Of a stretch of 64,000 nt of DNA, positions 53,192-62,245 are shown in pieces (position 1 is the first letter of the stretch; every line of letters begins with the position of its first letter). The stretch is from an uncultured Acidobacteriota bacterium (lineage in GTDB: Bacteria > Acidobacteriota > Vicinamibacteria > Vicinamibacterales > UBA8438). The notes below the pieces were generated by a model. The model was not told the DNA's origin. It worked only from the letters and a program-made list of their open reading frames with translations, and did no database searches. Location of the stretch: NCBI GenBank assembly GCA_913043225.1, contig CAJWLU010000014.1:1-64000 (forward strand), in the 5' to 3' direction. The translations under genes were made by a program, and so were the position numbers.

Positions 53192-53866
53192 ATGGGTTCG
53201 AAGAAGAATCGGAATCGAGCGGCGCCAACTCCGGTCGCCGAGCCACCGTCGAACGGGGCCCCGTGGCCGCTGATCGCCGTGGTGGCTGTGGCGCTGGCCG
53301 GGGGCGGCATCTACATGGCCACTTCGTCCTCGGGTAGTGGGGACACTGACGGGGCCCAGACGGCGTCTGCACAAATGGCCACCGAGACCGCAGCGCCGGC
53401 CGCTCCGTCGAGCACGACCGCGGCGCCAGGCGCCGCCGCGCCGGCGGAAGCGGAGCCAACGACGACCGCGGCTCGCACGCCACTCCCCGACGACCTGCCG
53501 ATGCCTCCGTTACCGTATGTGCCTCGGGCTGCGGCTGGACCGCCGGAACTGATGCAGCAGGCCTACGTCTTCGCGGCCAAGAACCCGCACATCCTTGACT
53601 ATGTGCCTTGCTACTGCGGCTGTGGCCAGACGGACGGCCACATTGGCAACACCGACTGCTTCGTCGATCGACGGGCGCCGAACGGCGCCGTGGAGGCGTG
53701 GGACACCCACGGCATGACTTGAAGCCACTGCCTAGCTGTCGCGCGTGACGCGATGCAGATGAACGCCCTGGGCGCTTCCCCCTCCGATATCCAGCGAGCC
53801 GTCAAGACCAAGTACGCTTCCCAGTCGGCCTACGCCACCCCGACGCCTCCGGCGCCGGCTAACTAG
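53192..53866 (+). CDS. PCYCGC-motif family protein, probable selenoprotein with Sec at TGA 53720-53722
   Basis: PCYCGC...GH..NTDCF...WDTHGMT-U-SHC-LAVARDAMQMNALGASPSDIQRAVKTKY...TPTPPAPAN (224 aa). The read-through segment completes the family fold. Confidence 0.85.
53736..53758 (+). promoter_or_regulatory. Putative bacterial SECIS hairpin
   Basis: CUG-UCGCG-CGUGA-CGCGA-UG-CAG; the apical loop starts 21 nt after the UGA. Confidence 0.55.
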
Positions 53867-53943
53867 CGGGGCGCGCCCGTCTCGTCCGGCCGTGTGTACA
53901 CCCTCTGCCGCGCCGATCCCGCCGTAGCCCGCTATAATCGCGC

Positions 53944-55464
53944 GTGTCTCCGTCGCGCCCCCGACCCAAGGCGGCCGAGCTTGGCCGGCTGTTCGGTTCC
54001 GTCCGAGCCGGTGTCTATCTCGGTCCGCTGGAGGGTGGTGGTCCCCCAACTGGCGTAAACCCGCATCTGCAACTGATGTTCGGCTACGACCCGACGGCGT
54101 CTCCGCCGCCGGTGCACCCCTTTTCTGCCGATCGTTTTGTCGACCCGCAGGCGCGCGACGCCTTTTTCGCTGAGCTGACCCGCGACGGCGCTGTCGCCGA
54201 CTACCTGCTCCGATTGCGGCGAGCCGACGACACCACCGTCTGGGTCGAAGTTACCGCCACGCTGCATCCGGATCCAGACGGCGGTCCGGCGCAGATCGAC
54301 GCTATCCTGCGCGACGTCAGCGAACGACGGAAGCTCGAAGACCGAGGGCGCAACCTCAGCCAACAGTTCTTGCAGTCCGAGAAGATGGCTGCTCTCGGGC
54401 AAACCGTGTCTGGCGTGGCGCACGAACTCAACAATCCCCTCGCGACGATCCTTACCTGGGCCGAACGTCTCGCCAGCCGCAACGTCGATACCGGGACGCG
54501 CCACGGTCTCGAGACCATCCTGAGCGAAGCCGAACGAGCCGCCAAGATCGTCAGGAACTTGCTGACGTTCGCGCGGAAGCGCAACACAACCCGCGCGCTC
54601 GTTGATGTGAACGTCATCGTGCGAGACACCCTCGCGTTACGCGCTTACGAGCAGCGGGTCTCCAATGTCACGACGATCGATGCCCTAGCGGGTGGCTTGC
54701 CGCAGGTCTTCGCCGATCCGCATCAGGTCAAGCAAGTGTTGCTCAACCTGGTGATCAACGCCGAGCAGGCGATGCTTGCAGCGCACGGACGGGGCACGCT
54801 GGTGACCCGCACCTGGTACGACGACGAAGCCGAGATGGTGATGCTGGAGATCAGCGACGATGGCCCGGGCGTACCCAACGAGGCGCAGAGTAAGATCTTC
54901 GATCCCTTCTTCACCACCAAGGCAGTAGGCAAGGGCACTGGCCTCGGTCTCACGATGGCATATGCAATCGTCGAGGAACACGGTGGCCAGATCTGGCTGC
55001 GCTCCGGCGCAGAGGGCGCGTCGTTTTTCGTGTCTTTTCCGGCAGCGTCGGGCCACCACCGTCCTGCCGCGCCGCCGGTACCGCCGCCGCCCGCCACAGC
55101 CGGCTCGGCTGTGCTCGTGGTGGAGGACGAACCGGCCCTCGCGACCGCCGTGACCGACGCCCTTCGTGACGCCGGCTATCAGGTGGCGCACGCCGAAGAT
55201 GGCCAGGCGGGGCTCGAGCGTATCCGGCAGGACAGATTCGATCTGGTGATCTGCGACCTAAAGATGCCAAGGCTAGACGGACCAGCGTTCTTTCGGGTGC
55301 TCTCGAAGGAGCAGCCGGGGCTGGCTCGGCACGTAGTCTTCGTCACCGGCGACGTGGCCGGGACGGACGCGGAACGGTTCCTGACCGAAAGCGGGTGCCG
55401 TTGGCTTCCGAAACCGTTCCGTCTAACGGATCTGCTGCGCGTCACCGAGGACGTGCTGCGTTGA
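53944..55464 (+). CDS. Cytoplasmic hybrid sensor histidine kinase (PAS-HisKA-HATPase-REC)
   Basis: AHELNNPL, NLVINA, DDGPG, FDPFFTTK, GTGLGL and receiver VVEDE/CDLKMP. Confidence 0.93.
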   Translation: MSPSRPRPKAAELGRLFGSVRAGVYLGPLEGGGPPTGVNPHLQLMFGYDPTASPPPVHPFSADRFVDPQARDAFFAELTRDGAVADYLLRLRRADDTTVWVEVTATLHPDPDGGPAQIDAILRDVSERRKLEDRGRNLSQQFLQSEKMAALGQTVSGVAHELNNPLATILTWAERLASRNVDTGTRHGLETILSEAERAAKIVRNLLTFARKRNTTRALVDVNVIVRDTLALRAYEQRVSNVTTIDALAGGLPQVFADPHQVKQVLLNLVINAEQAMLAAHGRGTLVTRTWYDDEAEMVMLEISDDGPGVPNEAQSKIFDPFFTTKAVGKGTGLGLTMAYAIVEEHGGQIWLRSGAEGASFFVSFPAASGHHRPAAPPVPPPPATAGSAVLVVEDEPALATAVTDALRDAGYQVAHAEDGQAGLERIRQDRFDLVICDLKMPRLDGPAFFRVLSKEQPGLARHVVFVTGDVAGTDAERFLTESGCRWLPKPFRLTDLLRVTEDVLR

Positions 55465-55470
55465 CCGGAA

Positions 55471-56322
55471 CTAGCCCGCTACGGCCACCGCCTCGGCCGC
55501 CTGGCCGCGTCGCGGTGACAACCGGGCCTTAGCCATCTTTAGCACCCGCTTCGGCTGCTTCTTGAGTGTAGCCGCGGTCATCGCCGTCGCCACTTGCTCT
55601 GGCTTGAGGTCAGGGCCAAGGATTTTGCGGAGCCGCTGCACGGCACGCGCATGCAGCTGCGAAACACGAGACTCGTTGACGCCGATCTCCTGGCCGATTT
55701 GCTTCATGGTGACCTCGCCGTAGTAGTACAGCCCGATCACCTTCCGCTCGCGCCAGGGCAACGCCTTGATCGCGTCTCTGACCCGCGAGGCCACCTCTCC
55801 GCGCTCGCAGGCCTTGTCGGGCGTCGGCCTCTCAGGTGGCACCATGACCGGCGGCAGATTGACACCGCTGACCGCGTCGACGTTGGCCATCGGCGATGTC
55901 GACTCGATGGTATTGATACGGACGATCGTCCGACCCAGGCGTGCTTCATCTGAGCCCATATGTTCGGCCAGCTCAGCCAGCGAGGGCTCCGCGCCCATCT
56001 CATGTCGCAGCTTCTCGCGAGCTGCCTCCAACTCCCGCCGCACCCGCCGTATACCGCGCGGCCAGGCATCACGCCGTAGAGCATCGATCATCGCGCCCCG
56101 GACGCGACGTTCTGCAAAGGTTTCGAACTTGATGCCACGCGTTTCGTCGAATCGATGCGCCGCGTCGATAAGACCGATCATGCCATCCTGCACGAGGTCT
56201 CCCAGGTCAATCGAATGGGGCATCGACGCCGCCATGCGGCGCGCCAACGCTTCGACGAATGGCAGACTCGCGGCGATGCGATCTTGGTCCTTGTCGTCGA
56301 GCACTTGAGATTTAGTCGTCAC
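55471..56322 (-). CDS. FliA/WhiG-family RNA polymerase sigma factor (sigma28-like)
   Basis: DLVQDGMIGLIDA, KFETFA..RVRGAMIDALR and IGVNESRVSQLH. Confidence 0.92.
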   Translation of the reverse strand: MTTKSQVLDDKDQDRIAASLPFVEALARRMAASMPHSIDLGDLVQDGMIGLIDAAHRFDETRGIKFETFAERRVRGAMIDALRRDAWPRGIRRVRRELEAAREKLRHEMGAEPSLAELAEHMGSDEARLGRTIVRINTIESTSPMANVDAVSGVNLPPVMVPPERPTPDKACERGEVASRVRDAIKALPWRERKVIGLYYYGEVTMKQIGQEIGVNESRVSQLHARAVQRLRKILGPDLKPEQVATAMTAATLKKQPKRVLKMAKARLSPRRGQAAEAVAVAG

Positions 56323-56390
56323 GCTATGCCTCCGGCGTTAGTTCCGGCGCCATCGTAATGACGTCGCCGTGGGTGCGAACCCCCCGTTAT

Positions 56391-56406
56391 CGCAAGCGTG
56401 GTGCCA
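56391..56406 (-). promoter_or_regulatory. sigma54 (-24/-12) promoter upstream of the FliA/WhiG gene
   Basis: Minus strand reads TGGCACCACGCTTGCG (GG-N10-GC), about 70 nt upstream of the start codon. Confidence 0.85.
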
Positions 56407-56456
56407 GCCTGAACCCGGACTGGTCACAAACTGGAATTCTGCCAAGACATGCTTCG

Positions 56457-56500
56457 TAAGCTGTTTATTTTCATGTGTTTATTTAGTTAGTCTTATTTCA
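56457..56500. promoter_or_regulatory. AT-rich tract with an IHF-like site
   Basis: TAAGCTGTTTATT has one mismatch to TAAnnnnTTGATW and lies between the sigma54 promoter and the enhancer boxes. Confidence 0.5.
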
Positions 56501-56537
56501 GTTCACCAACTGCCATGGTAGAACTCCACTGCAGCAC

Positions 56538-56584
56538 GACAATATATTGACGATCTAAACCAGGCAGACCGCCATTTTTTTGAC
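56538..56584. promoter_or_regulatory. Two putative enhancer (UAS) boxes
   Basis: GACA-ATATAT-TGAC (56538-51) and GCCA-TTTTTT-TGAC (56571-84), 33 bp apart; a third copy lies at 57279-92. Confidence 0.65.
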
Positions 56585-56626
56585 AAAAAGGGCCGGTGGC
56601 GAAAGGGTGGGGTGAGGAGCCGCTGA

Positions 56627-56824
56627 CTAACGGTCCTGGCAGCGCTCGCGGATGTGCCGAGCGGCGCTGATCGCCTCGACCGCGCCGGACACGATCTGCT
56701 CAGCGCGGGCACGACTGACGCTGTCGGCCAGCTTGCCCTCAAGCAGCTCGGCGTTGGCGAGGATGATGCCGAGCTGATTGTTCAGCCGATGAAAAAGGGC
56801 GCCAATGTCGGGCGGCTGGTCCAT
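56627..56824 (-). CDS. Stand-alone HisKA-like (H-box) small protein, 65 aa
   Basis: LFHRLNNQLGIILANAELLE; no ATPase domain. Confidence 0.75.
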   Translation of the reverse strand: MDQPPDIGALFHRLNNQLGIILANAELLEGKLADSVSRARAEQIVSGAVEAISAARHIRERCQDR

Positions 56825-56899
56825 CTCTAGAGGATCCGGTCGCAAATGCGGAAACGGTACCTGGCTGCGCATGACCTCGATCCGCGGTTAGCGTGCGGC

Positions 56900-57106
56900 T
56901 TAGCGGTCGGTATGCGCCGACGTGAGCGGTGCCGACGCGCCGTCCGGCTCACGCCACAGCGTGTCGACAAAGATGCGGACCGAGCCCCCGGCGGTGCGGA
57001 CATATTCGACCTTCCCGCTGGCGATCCAGTTGTAGATCGTGCGGCGGCTAACGCCAACCAGGTCGCAGGCTTTCATGATCGAGATCGTTTTCCTATCGAC
57101 TATCAT
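56900..57106 (-). CDS. Small Xis/BldC-like helix-turn-helix protein, 68 aa
   Basis: ACDLVGVSRRTIYNWIASGKVEYVRTAGGSVRI. Confidence 0.85.
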   Translation of the reverse strand: MIVDRKTISIMKACDLVGVSRRTIYNWIASGKVEYVRTAGGSVRIFVDTLWREPDGASAPLTSAHTDR

Positions 57107-57278
57107 CTCTAGCGCTCGCATCCGGCCTGTCTCATCCCCCGCTCCACGGCATCTTCCGTGGCCCCGCTCAACTTCTCTCCGCAGGCTCAAAGGGTGGTAT
57201 CGGCACAGCGTCTCCACGTCATTAGTCCCTACGAAGAATCGGGTTAGGTACGCGCCTTGACGGGCTCAAGCCAGCGGT

Positions 57279-57292
57279 GTCAAAGTATTGGC
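57279..57292. promoter_or_regulatory. Third UAS-like box immediately upstream of the enhancer-binding protein gene
   Basis: GTCA-AAGTAT-TGGC, 12 nt before ATG 57305. Confidence 0.55.
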
Positions 57293-57304
57293 GGTTTCTT
57301 GTAA

Positions 57305-58690
57305 ATGACTGACAGAGAAACACATCTGCTTATCGTAGAGGACGAAGCTCCGCTGCGTCAGGCCACCGCCGAACGACTAGCGGAACATGGCTATTTGGTT
57401 GTGGAGGCAGAAAGCGGCGAGGTGGCCATCGAACAGCTAGCCAAATTCGCGTTCGATGTGGTGCTGACCGACCTGCGCCTCCCTGGCATCGACGGGACCG
57501 CCGTGCTTGAGGCGGCGCTTGAACGCTATCCGGAAATCGTGTGTATCGTGGTCACCGGCTTCGGCACAGTCAAGGACGCCGTCGACGCCATCAAGCGGGG
57601 CGCCGCGGAGTTCATCACCAAGCCCTTCCAATTCGATCAGCTTTTGCATGTACTGTCATCGGCCCTCGAGCAACGGCGGCTCCGCTCAGAGAACGCCTAC
57701 CTCCGCTCACAACTCGAGGAGCGCTATCGTTTTGACGGACTCGTGGGCCAGAGCGCACCGATGCGCGAGCTGTTCGAACTGCTAGAGACAGTAGCCGGCG
57801 CGTCGAGCACCGTGCTCATTACCGGGGAGACCGGCACCGGGAAAGAACTCGCGGCACGGGCTATTCACCATAACAGCGACCGGCGGGCCCACCGCTTCGT
57901 CGCGCTCAACTGCGGCGCCCTGCCAGAAACGTTGCTCGAAGCCGAACTGTTCGGACATATTCGCGGTGCCTATACCGGGGCGGTCAGCAATCGGGCGGGC
58001 CGTCTGGAAGCGGCCGACCGCGGCACAGTGTTCCTGGACGAAGTCGGCACCATGCCGCCCAGTCTTCAGGTCAAACTCCTGCGAGTACTGCAGGAGCGGG
58101 AGCTGGAACGTCTCGGAGACACTCGCACGATCCGCATCGATGTCCGGGTCATAGCCGCCACCAACGCGAATCTGGCGCAGATGGTCACCGACGGGCAGTT
58201 TCGTGAGGATTTGTTCTATCGGCTCAACGTCATTCCGGTCCGGCTGCCCTCTCTCCGAGAACGCCGGGACGACATTCCGCTGCTGGTGCAGCACTTCGTC
58301 GAGCGGCTTACCGGTCAGGACGGCGGGCGGCGGGACGTTCGGGTCACGCAGGAAGCGATGCGGCAGCTGATGGGCTTCAGCTGGCCGGGGAACATCCGAC
58401 AGCTCGAGAACGTGGTCGAACGCGCCCTGGCCCTCGGTCGGGACCGGACGCAGCTCGACGTCGCGGATCTCCCACCAGAGATCAGAGAGGGCCCCAGCGT
58501 GGGTCAGCCGCAGCCCGTCGAGATTCCGGAAGAAGGCGTGGACCTGCCGGGCCACATCGCCGCCCTGGAGCGAAGGTTCATCCAGCAGGCCCTCGCCGAG
58601 ACTGATGGGAACAAACAGCAGGCCGCCGAGCGCCTGGGACTCAAGCGCACCACGCTCGTAGAGAAGGTGAAACGGCTGCGGCCACAATAA
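57305..58690 (+). CDS. NtrC/AtoC-family sigma54-dependent response regulator (REC-AAA+-HTH)
   Basis: LTDLRLP, GETGTGKE, ELFGHIRGAYTGA, FLDEVG, FREDLFYRL, WPGNIRQL and a Fis-type HTH. Confidence 0.95.
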   Translation: MTDRETHLLIVEDEAPLRQATAERLAEHGYLVVEAESGEVAIEQLAKFAFDVVLTDLRLPGIDGTAVLEAALERYPEIVCIVVTGFGTVKDAVDAIKRGAAEFITKPFQFDQLLHVLSSALEQRRLRSENAYLRSQLEERYRFDGLVGQSAPMRELFELLETVAGASSTVLITGETGTGKELAARAIHHNSDRRAHRFVALNCGALPETLLEAELFGHIRGAYTGAVSNRAGRLEAADRGTVFLDEVGTMPPSLQVKLLRVLQERELERLGDTRTIRIDVRVIAATNANLAQMVTDGQFREDLFYRLNVIPVRLPSLRERRDDIPLLVQHFVERLTGQDGGRRDVRVTQEAMRQLMGFSWPGNIRQLENVVERALALGRDRTQLDVADLPPEIREGPSVGQPQPVEIPEEGVDLPGHIAALERRFIQQALAETDGNKQQAAERLGLKRTTLVEKVKRLRPQ

Positions 58691-58704
58691 ACCGGAGGAG
58701 GCCG

Positions 58705-59964
58705 CTAGGCGAACAGACGCAGCGGCTCGTAGTTACCCTTCAGAATTGCCGCGGAGTCCTTGTAGCCCAGCCACTGCTGGATCATGCTGGCGTAGACCCG
58801 CCGGAAGTCAGTCGTCATCTTCAAGTTGCCGTCATCCAGATCGGTGAGGCTGGGGTGCGCACCGTGGAGGCCACCCTCTACGCCGGACCCGATGACAAAC
58901 ATCGGCGTGGCAGTGCCGTGGTCCGTACCCAGGCTGGCGTTCTCTTCAACGCGCCGGCCGAACTCGGTGAACATCATGATGGCTACGTCGTCCACCCGAT
59001 TGAGCCGCTGCAGATCCTCGACGAACCCCCGAATCGCATCGGCCGTGTAAGCCAGCAGACGCGCATGTGGATCCGCCTGGTGGACGTGGGTGTCGAACGA
59101 GTTTCCGGCGTAACTGACGTAATAGAGACGGGTCGGCATCTCCGCCGCGATGAGCGCTGCCACGCGCCGGAGCTGCGGCGAGAGCCCGCCGATCCCATAG
59201 TCGACCGGGGTGCTGTAGGCTGCCGACGCCTCGCGCACGAAGGCTGAACTCTGCTCGGCGTTGCTGGCGGTGGCGGCAAGGAAGTCGAGAGTGGAATTAC
59301 TGCCCGTGTTCACGGCCATGTCGTCCAGCGCCGACTTCTCACCGTCCGAGCCCTCGCGTCGGAAGCTACGCGGGTCGTTAAACACCAACGGCTGGTGGTG
59401 GCGGGCTCGCACCGCCAGCGACTGCCGGGTGCCGATGTTCACGATCATGTTGCCCTGCGCGTCATGGTCGTACACGCCATCGGCCACACGGCCGAGCCAG
59501 CCCAGCGGCTCTCCGCCGTTCGGGACGCCGGTATGCCAGAAGCCCATGGACGAGAAGTGGGACAGGCTTGGATTGTCGTAGCCGCAGCCATGCACCACGC
59601 CCATCATGCCGTCCTTGTACAGGCGTTCGAACCCGACCATCGAGGGATGTAGGCCGTATCCGTCCTCGATCTTGATCGCCTCGTTCTCGCGGATACCTAG
59701 ATTTGGCCGCACCCGATAGTAGGTGTCGCTGCCATACGGCACGACCGTGTTGAGCCCGTCGTTACCACCAGACAGCTCAACCACCACGAGGATCCGCTCG
59801 GGATGCGCCTCCATGCTGCTACCGGTCAGCGCCTGGGCCGTCAGTGCCTCTGTGGTACGGCTCATCAGCACCGGGAGACCGGCAGTGACGCCAATCCCGT
59901 AGAGTCCGCGTCGCAGAAACTCGCGCCTGGAACAGGCGCACGAATCGGAAGGACGGATGATCAT
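58705..59964 (-). CDS. DUF1501 family Tat-exported protein
   Basis: SRREFL, LSGGNDGLN, SHF, FDTH and EFGRRVEEN...GTDHG. Confidence 0.92.
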   Translation of the reverse strand: MIIRPSDSCACSRREFLRRGLYGIGVTAGLPVLMSRTTEALTAQALTGSSMEAHPERILVVVELSGGNDGLNTVVPYGSDTYYRVRPNLGIRENEAIKIEDGYGLHPSMVGFERLYKDGMMGVVHGCGYDNPSLSHFSSMGFWHTGVPNGGEPLGWLGRVADGVYDHDAQGNMIVNIGTRQSLAVRARHHQPLVFNDPRSFRREGSDGEKSALDDMAVNTGSNSTLDFLAATASNAEQSSAFVREASAAYSTPVDYGIGGLSPQLRRVAALIAAEMPTRLYYVSYAGNSFDTHVHQADPHARLLAYTADAIRGFVEDLQRLNRVDDVAIMMFTEFGRRVEENASLGTDHGTATPMFVIGSGVEGGLHGAHPSLTDLDDGNLKMTTDFRRVYASMIQQWLGYKDSAAILKGNYEPLRLFA

Positions 59965-59981
59965 GAGAGTCTCCTTGACGG

Positions 59982-61784
59982 CTACGCCACTTGATACTCA
60001 GGCGTGCTCAGCACCAAATACAGCAACGACCGCAATGCACCTTCGACCTGCGGGCTCGGGGCAGGGAGCCGGTCCGCACCTAACTCGCTGCGCAACCGGT
60101 CCACCAGCACCTGACGGCCCGCTGGCGCCAGGGGCGCGCGAAGAAAACGACGCTGGTAGTAGTCGACGATCGACTCGACGGTCGTCGCACCAGCCTCGGT
60201 CACCATAGCCGCAAGGTCCAGGTCGGCCGGGTGCCGGGGCACGAGCTTCAGCCGGTCGTAGGCCATGATGTAGCCCATGTAACCGCCGTAGCGTGTGTTG
60301 TAGTCCTCGTCCCGGTCAGCAATCATGCTCGACTCCGCGTCGCCCTGCTGGGTCGCGGCGGTGATGTTCAGCCCCTGCTGGAGCCGACGCTCCACCTGCG
60401 CGTAGATACCCGGGGTGGCCCGGTCGGGCGCCCAGAATCCGTCGGTGTCTGGGAAGAGCACGTTGCGGAAGAGGTTGCCGCGCTCAAGCAGCAACGCGGG
60501 CGTGATCCAGGTGCGGCCCCCAGCCCAGCCTGCGACGTTCGGCGGATTGAACAGCGTCTGTCCCAAGCCGGCGGTCAATCGGTTGAAGTCCGGGATGGTC
60601 GGCAGTCTTTCGAGACCCAGTTTTCGGTAGGTAGAAACGACCAGTTGCACCGGACTCTTGACCTGGGTAGCGTTGGACGCTGGGCTGTAGAAATCTCGGG
60701 ATAGCAAGATCTGACGGAGCAGTGGCTGTAGCTCGTAGTTCGCCTCCCGGAGCGTGTCCCCCAGCGCCTCGCGGATCACGTCGTCCAGATCTTCCCGCAC
60801 CAGATAGCGATAGAGCTTGGCCGAGATGAACTCCGCCGTGACCGGGGTCTCGAGGACGATATCGATGATGTCCTCGCCGTTCAGGTTGTCTGTCCGACCC
60901 AGAAAGGTCTTCTCGCCATCGTCGTGGGTAGCGGCATCGAACTTAAACTCGATCGCGTCGTTCGTCCAGCCAGTGAACGCGCGTGACGCCTCCCGAATGT
61001 CCTGCTCGCTGTAGTTGCCCACGCCCATCGTGAACAGCTCGAGCAATTCGCGTCCGAAGTTCTCGTTCGGGTGCCCTTTGCGGTTCTCGCCGTTGTCCAG
61101 ATAGACCAGCATGGCGGGATCGGTGAGGATTCCGAGCAGCAAGTCACGAAAGTTCCCGGCAGCATTCGCCCGCAGCATCTCGTTCTGCTGATGCATCATG
61201 CGGGTATCGCGCACTTTCGTGTTGCCGGTGGCGAAGTGGCCATGCCAGAACAGCGTGAGCTTCTCCTCGAGCGGCCGGCGCGTGGTCAACATCCGCTCGC
61301 CGAACCAGATCGCCAGCCGCTGGGTCTCGATGGCGTTGGAGCGCAGCCCGTAGAAAAACTTGTTGACCACCGGCTGCAGCCGACGACTTTCACCCTCGGG
61401 GAGCACCGCCACGCCCATCGAAGAACCGCTTTCGCGAGCGATTCGCACCGCGTCGGCGCGGCTCTTGGGGAACGGATCCATCTCCGGATCCCAGATCGGA
61501 GAAGGGTCGAAAGCTGGGGTCAGGCTGTTGTCGACTGATTCGAAGTCGACCAACCAGGCCACCGCCGCCTTTGGGCTCATGGCTGCCAGGCGTTCAATCT
61601 CGTCTGGGGTCGCGCCGAATCCGGCGCGCTCGATGAGATGCGCCGCCTTGTCATAGTCCCACTCCGCGGCGGTGATGGGAGACAAGTCGTTGACCCAGTC
61701 CTCCGATCCAGCCCCCGCAGCCAGGACCCCAATGCCGGCCGCCACCGAAAGCACACACGCCGCGATCCAACCATTGATCTTCAT
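59982..61784 (-). CDS. DUF1800 family protein
   Basis: EKLTLFWHGHF, YLDN, NENFGRELLELFTMG, PPNVAGW and TPEYQ. Confidence 0.93.
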   Translation of the reverse strand: MKINGWIAACVLSVAAGIGVLAAGAGSEDWVNDLSPITAAEWDYDKAAHLIERAGFGATPDEIERLAAMSPKAAVAWLVDFESVDNSLTPAFDPSPIWDPEMDPFPKSRADAVRIARESGSSMGVAVLPEGESRRLQPVVNKFFYGLRSNAIETQRLAIWFGERMLTTRRPLEEKLTLFWHGHFATGNTKVRDTRMMHQQNEMLRANAAGNFRDLLLGILTDPAMLVYLDNGENRKGHPNENFGRELLELFTMGVGNYSEQDIREASRAFTGWTNDAIEFKFDAATHDDGEKTFLGRTDNLNGEDIIDIVLETPVTAEFISAKLYRYLVREDLDDVIREALGDTLREANYELQPLLRQILLSRDFYSPASNATQVKSPVQLVVSTYRKLGLERLPTIPDFNRLTAGLGQTLFNPPNVAGWAGGRTWITPALLLERGNLFRNVLFPDTDGFWAPDRATPGIYAQVERRLQQGLNITAATQQGDAESSMIADRDEDYNTRYGGYMGYIMAYDRLKLVPRHPADLDLAAMVTEAGATTVESIVDYYQRRFLRAPLAPAGRQVLVDRLRSELGADRLPAPSPQVEGALRSLLYLVLSTPEYQVA

Positions 61785-61879
61785 CGGTCGCTCTCCGAAA
61801 AACGGCCCCGTTCCAGGCTACGGATGATACGGCACGAGGGTCCAGGGCACCAGCGAGCGGTAGGACCGTACACGCCCAG

Positions 61880-62245
61880 CTACTCGGCGTCGCGATGGAC
61901 GGTGTCCGGCGAAAACGCGGGGAGACAGACGGCGACATACTCCGCCCCTTCAGGTTCCGGGCTACTGTATCGGATCCACTCACCCGGGACCGCCACGACG
62001 GCCTGGCCCTCGCGCACGTCGAGTGCGCCGTGTTCGTACTCGACCCGGAGCATCCCCCGGGTCACCACGGTGATCTCCTCGAACTCCGGCCGCTGACCCG
62101 GTTCAACCCAGCCGGGGGGCGACACCATGCGTGCCACACTGACCTCTCCGTGGCCGGTGTTGACCCGCCCGGCGTACTCCTCGATCCGTTTCGGCAGATT
62201 GCCGGCGGCCTCGATCACGCTAGGGCATTCAATCAACCGAGGCAT
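61880..62245 (-). CDS. Cupin-domain protein
   Basis: MPRLI...IEEYAGRVN, WVEPGQRPEFEE and CLPAFSP. Confidence 0.85.
   Translation of the reverse strand: MPRLIECPSVIEAAGNLPKRIEEYAGRVNTGHGEVSVARMVSPPGWVEPGQRPEFEEITVVTRGMLRVEYEHGALDVREGQAVVAVPGEWIRYSSPEPEGAEYVAVCLPAFSPDTVHRDAE

Noticed and set aside
56900..57106. Excisionase marking an integrative element
   Set aside because: No integrase, att-like repeats or tRNA; the context is a regulatory cluster.
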